64,000 nt of DNA from Paragordius varius (taxonomy: Eukaryota; Animalia; Nematomorpha), in assembly GCA_964247055.1 (NCBI GenBank), contig OZ176054.1:1550001-1614000 (forward strand). The letters are read 5' to 3'. Each line of letters begins with the position of its first letter. Positions within the stretch are counted from its first letter, which is position 1. The position numbers and the translations under genes were made by a program. Of the stretch, positions 10,952 to 22,065 are shown piece after piece. The notes beneath the pieces are model-generated. The model worked only from the letters and a program-made list of their open reading frames with translations, searched no databases and was not told the origin of the DNA.

Positions 10952-13900
10952 ATGTATCATCACTTAAAAAAAATTGGAACCCACGATGGTAAGTTTCATT
11001 GCGATGAAGTCTTGGCATGTTCTATGTTAACAATTTTATATGAATATCGAAATTATGCAATATTTAGGTTTTTTTAAATTAATTTTAGGACAAGAAAAGG
11101 GGGTATTTTAGATATATGTCACATCGTTGTTGATGTTGGAGCTGAGTATAATTATGCAAATAAACGATTTGACCATCACCAAAAGTAAAAAAAATTTGTA
11201 AAATATAGAACCTTTTCTCTTACAATGGCTGATATTAATGATAAATTGAAGGATTATGATAGTATACGATTAAGTAGCGCTGGTTTAATATACGGACACT
11301 ATGGTGAAAAAGTGATTTCTTCTATTTTACCAAGCCTATCCGATCCGGAATCGTTAAATTATGTATATCAGAATGTTTACGAAAATTTTGTGCAAGAAAT
11401 TGATGCCATTGATAATGGGGTGGAGGTTTGTGAAGACAATAAAAAGTTTTTATGTCAAACTCATTTATTAGTATATATAATATATATGTTGATTGGTAGC
11501 ATAATATACGTCAATTTTAGAAAATTTTCGTATGCACCAAAATGTTTTGACTTTATTCAAAGATTGAAGGATATTATTTTTTTAAAATATGTTGAAAATA
11601 TCAAGCTTACCTAAAAGACTATTTTATCAACTATGTCAGTTTATAATATACTTTAAGAATTTTTTCATCTAATTATTTATTATCTTTAATTGAGTAATGG
11701 CCAACAACGTTCTATCTCCACCTCCCCGCGCTGTTGGCTGGGCCCTAAAAATGCGCTAACGGCAAAGGCCAGTTTTTAATGATCTGTAAAATCATTAGTT
11801 GCACACAACGACATGTGTCACGTAAAATCGCTTTGAACCATGAACTATGAATATGAATTACTTCGGGGTAGGAAAACTCCGAATATGAAATCCTGATAGT
11901 ACATATCATTACTTGAATTTAATCCATTAAAATTATATAAATTTGGTTTAATTGCTTTTTAACATTAACATAATTATTTTTTCTTGAATAAGAATAAATT
12001 ATGTTAATTGAAAGAGGTAGCATTAAATAGTTTACTCTTGAAGTGTATGTTATATAAACTCCTTGCTCTTTTTAAATATGCTTTTTTTAAATACCTGATA
12101 CCTTTTTATAGATATTAATATTAGGTGAATATATCAAATTTGAACCTCGCCTGATACCGTAAAACATATTTTAATGCAAATTTTTATTATGTCTTTTGAT
12201 CATGTTCTGATATGAAAAGTAACATAATTTTTACATTATAATATAACACGGTGCGCAGCCAAAAATAAAGGTTATGGTGCTATATACCGTTGATATCAAA
12301 TTTTCTCCAGATTATGAATATGAAAATCTTTTTGTGCGTAAAAATCTTTGAGAAAAAATTATTTGGTTTTCATTAATTGAAATATCTAGAGATAATTCCA
12401 GAAAAATCTAAAATATTCCAATAAATTATTGCATACCATATTAAGTATAATTATTTTAAGATCAACCCTTTCTAAAGTTTCGAAAGCTCTTAATCTCTTA
12501 ATTTTTATGGTAAATATGTAGTCGAATTAGCCATATGATTTAATAAATATAAAAAATATACTCTATTGAAAAAACTGGCACGTACTTCATTTAGGTTTTT
12601 AAAATATATATTTTAAATACAATTTCTTTTAATAATATCTTAAATTCATAAAATTAATTTAAAATTTTTTACTTTTTACAAGTAACATGAAAAGGGTGGG
12701 TAAATCAATAATTCGTATAAACAAGTGTTGGATTTTATTAATTTACATGACCAATATCCATTGATCGATTATATGGATATATCATATTTAAATAATATTA
12801 GGTTTTGACTATTTGTTGGAGGATATCTTTGATATCCTTTTAAAGGCAGAGAAAGTCAATCCCATTATAGCGATAAGGGAATCTACCATAGGAGTATGCT
12901 TAGACAACTCAGCCTTGATTACAATGGAGATGATGATTGTACCAGCATTGCACATCAAACGGGGTTTAATTTTCCCACCTTCATAATTATTTTAAAAAGA
13001 AGGATGCGTATGAACATTATATGCAAAAGTTTTGCAAATTTACCTGCAAATCAGACAATAGCTACCTAAAGGGTTCCCAAATATTTACACATTATCTCAC
13101 GCTTTTTAAGCAAGACGCAATATTGATGTGCAGGTTTTTAGGCATCAAATAATCTGTTAATGTCGCTGAAATTTTAAAGAAAGTAGTTTGTTTTCGACAA
13201 AGAATATGAAAATAATCACATAAAATTATTTACTGGAATAATTATTTTATAATATTTATTTGCTCATAACAAATCAATTTGTTTGCATATATATATAATA
13301 TATATATAGGTATGTTTGAAAAATTTTTCTTTTAATATTGTACTAAACGTAGATATGCCCAAGGTGTAAGTTTTTTTTGCTAATTGTTTATGATTGGAAT
13401 CCATAAAATATGTATTAGATACATATTTTTCATATATTTACTTATAATGCAATAAAAATACCAATCATATCAATACAAGGAACAATAAATGTAAAGTGCT
13501 AAAAAGTTAATTCTGTATATATATGATTTTATCTTATTAAATGGATATCGATATAACAAAGTAAAATATGACGCATGTATTTCCCCTATATTAAACATGT
13601 AATAATATTTGATTGTTTTCTTGGGATATAAGTGTTTAAATAGATTTCCACCTAAAATTTGTATATGCAAAGTTTTGCCTAGATTTTATTGCATTTCTCG
13701 CTCAAAATGAGATTATTAATTTTAGTTGGTCTTTGTTAAATTTATTAAATGTTCAAATCATCATCCAAAAATAAAACTTAGCAAAAGTTTTACTTGAAAT
13801 ATTTCATTGGAATTTCTAAGTAAAATTACTCATATAATATTAACTGGCCTAATCTTGTGTTCCGAATGCTATTTCTTTTCTACTTGATAGTTTTGGATCG

Positions 13901-16727
13901 TATACATAGGTGATAATAAATTGAGCAGAACATCATGTCAATTTGTAAATTTTAAATTAAATTTTAAAAATTATATAGATTTTACTTGAAATTATATTTT
14001 AAAATATATTTTTTTTTAAATTATGTATTTATGTGAGCATACTTTTTGATATATATTAAATTATGGCTAATTCGACTTCTACCTATTTTTCATTTGAATT
14101 AGAACAATTAGAGTTTAACTTTAAAAAAGGTTTATGTTATAGAAAATAATTATACTTATGTTTGTATAAATATAAATTATATTGGTCAGATGTTCTGGAT
14201 TTTTTCTAGAGTCTCCAAATACCCTAAATAATGAAAATCAAAATAACTTTTTTTAATATTTTTACCCATAAAGATATTTTGATATTCATAATCTGGAGAA
14301 AATTTGCCATCAAATGATATATAGCACCGTATAACCTTTATTTTTAACCTCTTTTTGCCGCACAGTGTCATGATATATAATCATTAAACATGCAAAATAT
14401 GCAAAAAAAGTATAGAATATAAATGCGTTAATATTTAATTTCATATAATTTCCATCACCGAAAAATATATGAAATTTAATATTTATTAATAACATTTTTT
14501 AATGCAAACACTCTTTAAAATTTTTAATTATTATATTTAAATAATTAACTTCGAAACAATTTATGCTTATTTGAATAAACCTCTTTATTGTTTGATTAAT
14601 ATTCATAAAAAATAGAAAACTTTTGTTTTATTATCAAAGCTTACAAAATAGTTAATGGGCAAAACTATAAGTTTTTTTTAAAACAAATTGCATACACAGA
14701 TATTTCATAACCACAAATCTTAGCGCCAGAGTGGGACGCCTAAATCCGCCTTGGAATACTAATAAGCTTGATCCAAACGTAATCTTTATATATATATATA
14801 TATAAATTTCTATTTGTGAGAGTATAATTGAGTTGAATCTCTTTCCTCTCAAATTAACTTTACCGTTTATAAAATTTAAACTGTTTTAACACTTTTTTTA
14901 AATTTTGTAATTGTAATTAAAATATTAAAAATTATAAAACTCGTTTAATTGATTAATAGAGATAAAAAATGTTTACATATTATATGATAAATTCAAACAT
15001 CATCCACACCATTTTCAAATATTTTAAATTATATTTCATAATCTTTTAAAAAACATTTAAGTACTAAAATCAAAAATTGAATACACATTTATTTAGCATC
15101 ATAGTCGTTATCATTTGTTCAAATTTTCCATAGAAAAAAAATTTTTTTTTTGTTAATGCCAATCAAAACGTTGTCAAAATATCTGAATTTAACATATGAT
15201 ATTATATTTCTGCAATTCTTTGACTGAAGGGTTTTAAAAGGCAAGTGACTGCATTTATGAGTTGTCATGTTTTTTTTTCATTTTTTAAACTTTATAAATA
15301 TAACCTTATATTTGTATTTATATGTATAGGCGCAATTCTCAAAAGCCATGGATCTAGTTAAAAAAGAATTTATCGATTGTGTCAAACACTATGCCCTAGT
15401 TAAATGGCCCGCCCTAGTCATTTTAAAAAAAGCAATGTTAGCTAGATTGCAAGTATGATAAATACAAGAACACGGTTTTAAAATTATTTTTTTTGGTAAA
15501 TTTTAATAACCATTTAAGTCCGTTATGTAGCGGAGCAGAATATATTACAAAAAAGGAGATGTTTAATTGAAAAATACAAGCTCCATTACATCGATGTCCT
15601 TAAATCCGATATATTAAGAAAAATGTTTATTTTACTATTAGAGAATATTTAAAGTTCTTAATTCAATGCCCAGTAATATATGATCAAGATTTATTTTATA
15701 GAAGATATATTTTTTACCAAACAGATTATAATCTCGTTTTAATGCATTATCATATGATTTGTCAAAATAGGAATTAATGATTTCCTAATATTACAAATAT
15801 CAACAAATATCACAATAGATTGGTTTGAAATTAATTACATAGATATGAATCATTTATTGAATGTAACAATATATTTTTATTTATTGGCCAAATCACCTTT
15901 GATGAGCTAGTAGCTTATATCAGAATTGATACGTGATCAGTAAAAATATTGCTAAATCCATTAAACCCATATAGTCGAGAAATTATATCACACTTCATCA
16001 ATATTAAGGCTTTTGAAAATGCCCTTTTCATAGTATATCCAAAATTTTGGTCAATTTATATTTGAGAAAATGTGAATAATAATATGTTTAGTGGGATCCC
16101 AGTGGTCAGATTTTATTGTTGGATCAAATGATCCCTTGGGAAGATTTGATTTATGAAGTTGAGAAAAGTATGGAACTAACATCCAAACACAATACAATCA
16201 AATTTGTCATTCAAAAAAACGTTTTATCCAATGATTATAGCATTGAAAGTGTTCCGATTGGAAAGGGCTCTTTGATAAATAGGTTAGTATTTTATATGAC
16301 AAAAATATATTTTTTCCGTAAATTTTATTTAACACAACTATAAGATTTTAGCTGTTTTTATTCAATAACACTTTATCATTCAAATTCAACACTTAATTAG
16401 CTATAATTTTATTTTAAAAATAATTTTTAATATGATAACATTAATTGAAGTTTTTTTATTGATTTTAAAATTTAATTTATCAAGGATAAGTATGTTGATT
16501 TCGGTGTAAGAAAATTTAAATTATCGACTGAAAAAAGGTATACCTTATTAAATTTTAGGATACCCTTACCAAAAGCTTGGTGTGGTTTGCGCGACTCAGA
16601 GTTGTCAAGTGTAAGTGGAATTCCTGAATGCACATTCGTTCACATTAATGGTTTCATAGGGGGGAATAAATCTAAAGAAGGTGCTTTGGAAATGGCTAAA
16701 AAAGCCATTCTCCAAGCTTCAAATTAA
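10952..16727 (+). CDS. MYG1: MYG1 (UPF0160) 3'-5' exonuclease, 7 exons, 336 aa
   Basis: Exons 10952-11067, 11089-11184, 11209-11445, 14700-14778, 15330-15452, 16092-16282 and 16559-16727 total 1011 nt; all introns are GT-AG and phases are consistent. The translation has the family motifs IGTHDGKFHCDE, IVVDVG, RFDHHQ, LSSAGLIY, YENFVQEIDAIDNG, TTNLSARVGRLNPPWN, KAMDLV, WDPSGQI, PLPKAWCGLRD and FVHINGFIGG. The start ATG at 10952 is the first in-frame ATG and is less certain. Confidence 0.93.
11068..11088 (+). other. 21-nt spliceosomal micro-intron (MYG1 intron 1)
   Basis: GTTTTTTTAAATTAATTTTAG. Removal joins ..AIF-R-TRKGG.., matching the conserved ..IVRTRD..; retention gives AGG TTT TTT TAA (stop). 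Confidence 0.8.
11185..11208 (+). other. 24-nt spliceosomal micro-intron (MYG1 intron 2)
   Basis: GTAAAAAAAATTTGTAAAATATAG. Removal joins DHHQ-K-TFSLTM, matching the conserved DHHQRSFTETM; retention gives AAG TAA (stop). Confidence 0.8.
12247..14367 (+). mobile_element. Decayed Chapaev3 (CMC)-like DNA transposon in MYG1 intron 3
   Basis: About 90-bp imperfect TIRs, 5'-CACGGTG..CACAGTG-3', flanked by TAA/TCA (a TWA-type 3-bp TSD with one mismatch). Broken frames GGY..YP (about 12820) and IVPALHIKRGL (about 12935) resemble the Chapaev3 motifs GGYTKYPC and LLPPLHIKLGL. Confidence 0.6.
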
Positions 16728-17467
16728 CATCTACAACAATCTAATTAGTAAACGGATATTTAATTGTATGCATTTACGCTGTTATACTAACCCATATTGC
16801 TCAATTATTCTTGTTATAAAAACGCACAATTTTGTACCTTATATCATTGAAATAAAATTTTAGATATTTCTGAATTCTGAATTTCAATAATTGACCAAAC
16901 TTTATGTCTTTTTAAAAAAAAGGATGTACCAAATTATAGGTATCATCTAAAAAAATATAAATTTTAATTTTATCATAATATTTTTTCCAAATATAATCAC
17001 GCAACGATGAGTTAGTTATATTACTGCTTTTTTCTTAGAACATAAGTGAAACGCTTCTTCAACCTTAAAATACGGATTTTTTAAAAAAAACGTGTGCATG
17101 AAATATTTGAATTATGAATTTGTTTAGCCAAAACTAAAACTTTTTTACAAATAAATCGATAAGTCTATAAAAAGTCAAAGTTATGGGAATATTAAAATAG
17201 TTTTTTAAATCAAATTATATACACGCTTTTTATTTTAAACATGCGTGCTGAAAGTATGTATGAAAAGTAGGAGGAGATTTACTATACTACTTTTTTTATA
17301 ATGATTTCAACTTTATTTTTGTTTTAAAAGATGATTTAAAACATAACTCTTTTTGGTGACATTTAATTTTTGTATATCATTGTTTGGCATTCGATAACGC
17401 ATCTATAGCATATTTTAAAAATGATAAATTGTTTTCGAAATTAATATAAAATGTACTGTATTTTCTA

Positions 17468-19181
17468 ATATCATTACAGTCATGTAGACTTTATATTGTT
17501 AAAGTTACTTTTTTTCGTTAATTGGGTATTAATATTTGGTAAAGAAGCTATATGGTATTATCATATCTAATTCTTTAAAAAAGTAAAAAGAAGGGGAAGG
17601 GCGTCGGAAATCTTTGGTAAAAAATGAAAATACACTAACTACTAACCCTTCACTTAACTTTGATGGATATTTTGTAATGTTAAATTTTGAGAATATTATA
17701 GCAATTTATGTTAACATTTGAAATAATTTTGTTACGTATTTAGATGCGGAATTTTGTGGGTTTTTATCTTTAATAATTTAATAAATAGTAAAATGGGTAT
17801 TTTATTAATTATGATAAATTTAATAATTACTTTCAACATGATAAATACCTGTATCAATCAATATTGGTATTATTTTATATAGTTGTTATTAGTAATTAAA
17901 ATACAGGTTATATATTTGTTAAAATTTAACTAGATTTTGGATTGTTTTTGTTTTTATGTTATTCATTGTCAATTTTTATGTATTGACATTTTGATCAGGT
18001 AAAAATTGCGGTTTTTAAATTTAGTCAAATTTAATTTTTTTTGTTTTTTATTTAACATTGTTAATTGTAATTAATTACATATTGTGATTTTAATAATTGC
18101 AGGTGAATATTGTGGTTTTTAATAAATTTACTTAAATTGAATTTTTTTGTTTATTGTAATTAATTACTACATATTGGAAATTTAAAGAAAACAGGTAAAA
18201 ATGGCGGTTTTTTTTATTGTTGATTGTAATTAATTACATATTGTGGACATTTTAATAATTACAGGTAAATATTGCATTTTTTTAATAAATTTAATAAAAA
18301 TTGAGTTTTTGTTTTTTAGGATTTGCATTGTTAATTGTAATTAATTTATTTGGTAATTTTAATTACAGGTAAAAATTGCGGTTTTTAATAAATTTCAAAT
18401 TTATTTTTTTTTATTTTGTATCATTGTTAATTGTAATTACTAAATATTTGATAATTAATAACAAATAACAATGATACAAAAAAATTAAATTTGAAATTTG
18501 TTAAAAACCACCATTTTTACCTGTATTTTTTGAAATTTACAAATATGTAGTAATTAATTACAATTAACAATGTTAAATAAAAAACAAAAATTAAATTTGA
18601 CTAAATTTAAACCGCAATTTTTACCTGATCAAAATGTCAATACATAAAAATTGACAATGAATAACATAAAAACAAAAACAATCCAAAATCTACTTAAATT
18701 TTAACAAATATATAACCTGTATTTTAATAACTAATAACAACTATATAAAATAATACCAATATCGATTAATACAGGTATTTATCATGTTGAAAAATATTAA
18801 TTATTAAATTTAATTATTAATCTTAAATAATAAAATACCCATTTTACTATTTATTAAATTATTAAAGATACCCACAAAATTCCGCATCTAAATACGTAAC
18901 AACAATATTTCAAATGTTAACATAAATTGCTATAATATTCTCAAAATTTAACATTACAAAATATCCATCAAATTTAAGTGAAGGGTTGGTAGTTAGTGTA
19001 TTTTCATTTTTTTACGAATGATTTCCGACGCCCTTCCCCTTCTTTTAACTTTTTTAAAGAATATGATATGGTAATACCATATAGCTCTTGTTTTTATATT
19101 CTTTACCAAATATTTATACCCAATTAACGAAAAAAAGTAAATCTTTAACAATATAAAGTCTACATGACTGTAAGTCGATAT
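17468..19181. mobile_element. Foldback-like element: 1.7-kb inverted repeat with internal about 100-bp tandem units
   Basis: 17468-18430 is the reverse complement of 18465-19181 (e.g. ttacagtcatgtagac vs gtctacatgactgtaa; aaggggaagggcgtcggaaat vs atttccgacgcccttcccctt). The CAGGT-headed unit occurs about 5 times in the left arm and about 2 times in the right. Confidence 0.85.
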
Positions 19182-19259
19182 TTGGTATATTAAAATATAA
19201 CAAAATACCATGGTAGATAAGTCATTACCGGTTTTTGTAAAAGAAGGCTTCAGCGAAAA

Positions 19260-20355
19260 GTACCCAGACGATTAATTTCACCAGGTGCCAATTAATCTCT
19301 CATAAAATGACAAACACACATAATTGAGTTCGACAAAAACTAGCGTTTTATTCTTATCATCCAGTAATTATGTCGAATTTTATGCCTGAAGCTAGAACGT
19401 TTGCGGCATGTATTGCTATCAGAAAAAAAGCTGTAGAGAGTTCTCGTTTGCTGTTACAAACATATGGTTAACATGTTCGGTCGATTAACACATGTGGAAC
19501 ATGGTTTCCAAATATTAAAAGTTGTGATTTCATGTGAAAGACTGTGGGCGCTCTGGTAAACCACACAAATGTGCAGAAGCTAAAGGAAAGAGTTATCGAA
19601 TGATGACCCAACACTTAATCACAAGCCTTACAAATATCACATAAAACAATAATCGACGCCCGAGAACAAAGGAAATGAATGATATATAAACTCGCTAAAT
19701 GGATCGTACACAATTTGAATGAACGTCAAATCAAAAACTGCAAAGTAACTGGTTAAATCTTGCTTTAACGTCATTGAATATAATGTTGGATGAGGAGTGG
19801 CTTTAATTTGTAGATTTAAGCCAAAAAATCGTAGCTTTTACCTTGACAAACCTGTCAACGTCAAGGCCAATTCGCTTTGGCATGGCAAGAATACCATCTA
19901 TGTCTGGCTTTACCAGAGATAGTGTTTTATGAACTTTTTAGTTCGGTAAAACCGCTAATACATAACGCTATATCCAACAAACGGCTTTAACCATGGATTA
20001 ATAGAAAAATTACCGGAATGGTCAGAGGACATGGAAAAGTTACAGCGAAACCAATGAAAAACACCTTGAAATCGCTTCCATAGAAAATTATTTTGCATCC
20101 CCTGTACTATCCTGATTTGGTGCCATCTGAGTATTATCTTTTTGCATCGATGTGCTTACCCTGGCAGAACAGGACTTCAATAAATTTGAAGACGTAAAAA
20201 AATGACTTGACTAATGGTTTGCCTCAAAATACAATCAGTTTTTTTGGCACTTCATTCATATATTACAGGAGAGATGCGCGAAACGGATAAAAGCCGATGG
20301 ACAATATTTATAAAATATATGGGTTCCTTGACGTGTTTAAAAAAACACCTAGTTA
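19260..20355 (+). mobile_element. Decayed mariner (Tc1/mariner) transposase
   Basis: HPLYYPDLVPSEYYLFASM at about 20095-20155 corresponds to the mariner motif HPPYSPDLAPSDYHLF; frames are fragmented. Boundaries are approximate. Confidence 0.75.
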
Positions 20356-21418
20356 ATATATGATATTTTTGAGAAATCGTTAAATATATATTGTAATCTT
20401 ATTGCGTATTTAATTTTAAAGCATTTTATTAGCTCCAATATTTATTATTTCCGGGAGTTGGTTAGATGCCGCTTTTAAAAGGCGAATTTGGTGGTTTTTA
20501 TGTTTCAAGCATTAAAAATATGTGAATAAACTCATTAGTTTTATTTTTAATAAAAATTAATTACAGTTTATATAGGTTTTGTTAGCATAATTTTCTCTCT
20601 CTATCTATTTTTATATTTAATGATAATATGTATAACTAACTCTGTGTTCGTTGCCTAATTGGTCCTAAGAAACACGATCATAAAGCGGTTCGCTGCGGAA
20701 GTCATAAAATTATGAAATGGAATATATTAAAATACTATAAAAATATTGTCGCTTATATATTTATATATATAACATATATATATCTATAGGCGTATGTTAA
20801 ATGGCATAAAAGTCAAATTATTACTGTTTTGTTTTCAAATGAAGCATTGAATGATGATATTTTATATTCATATATATTTTGTCATTGTCAAACTTATTCA
20901 TACCGTTTTGAAATGTTTCTATACACAAAGATTACCATTTTGTTGTTAAATAAGTAATTGTTCTGTTTCACAAATTAATATGGAAAAAAATTAATATCTA
21001 TTTTATTACAAAATATTTTGTATAAGCCTTTATTTTAACGGCGTAATTTGAGTCTTAAACTGCGTTAACCGCATCAAACCCTAGCGATCAGATAAAATAG
21101 TCTGGCTTAATTAGTAGAAAAAATTTGGAGATTATAAAATTTGTTGATTTCTAAGGTATTTTATTCAAATAGCGAAAACATATTCACCGGATTCAGCTTC
21201 ACTCATCTCATTAGATTTATTTCCTGGTGGAAAATAGGTAAATTTCTGATCTCTAGAATGAACATTGAGATTTTAAAAAATCATTTATACAGGTTAAATA
21301 GAAGTACGTTAATTAAACAAACCAGTATTGGGGGTCTTTATCACCTATTCTAGCTTTTCGATTCTTGACAAATTCATGTTTAGCTTCCGTATAATAATTT
21401 AACACCCTATGTTACGAC

Positions 21419-22065
21419 TAGGGTTGTGCATTTGACTGCTTTTTAACAAAAAGTCCAGTCACACCCAGTCTGACCATGGTCATAACCGTGGTCACGACCA
21501 CTTTTTACTTAAATAACTATCATGCGATATTGGATTTTGAAAATAATGTTCTTACGAACGACACTTGCGTTTCACTAATAATGTCATGTTTTTTCTTATT
21601 ATACTATACATATTTTGATATTTATAATTTACAAATATTTTCAATCAAATTTAATCAAGAATTTTGATTTCAAATAAATTTTGACATATGTTTGTGGCCT
21701 TCTGATCTTCAAATACATAGCTTGTAATACTGGATATTTCAAATAAAATTTATCTAGTTTGTTTTATTACATTTTTTTTAATCATTGTAATATCCAATTA
21801 TAAAATGCTTTTATCATTTGGTTCACATATATGGAATAATTGCATATTTTGCAACTTGATTGTTTTGTTTTTCGAAATAACTGGATATGCTTAAATAATG
21901 TTATAACGATGCATGTTTATCAATTTTATATTGTTAAATAAGTATATTTCAATATTTAATTTATATTTTTTTAAAAAAACAATAAAATCTTACTATTTAA
22001 CTTCCAAAAAAAATTTACCAGTAATTTTTCAAAAACAGTTGTTTTTCAAATGACCATGCCCCCTA
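21419..22065. mobile_element. Non-autonomous hAT element, 647 bp, with a perfect 8-bp TSD
   Basis: GTTACGAC at 21411-18 and 22066-73; left TIR TAGGGTTGTG, right end CCCCTA. Confidence 0.85.

Noticed and set aside
10923-10967. Upstream ATG (MRFFSLLAEA..) as a mitochondrial-targeting start for MYG1
   Set aside because: Out of frame with the CDS and ends in TAA; it could only be used with an unseen frameshift or splice.
11446-11471. 26-nt GT..AG unit at the start of MYG1 intron 3 as a third micro-intron or recursive splice site
   Set aside because: The sequence after the AG (tatatataa) has no MYG1 similarity and there is no AG/GT ratchet; the real acceptor is at 14698-99.
11225-11614. ORF-track 129-aa ORF as a standalone gene
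   Set aside because: It is MYG1 exon 3 plus read-through into intron 3; the FLCQTHL stretch is a poorer match than the spliced YFITTNLSAR at 14700.
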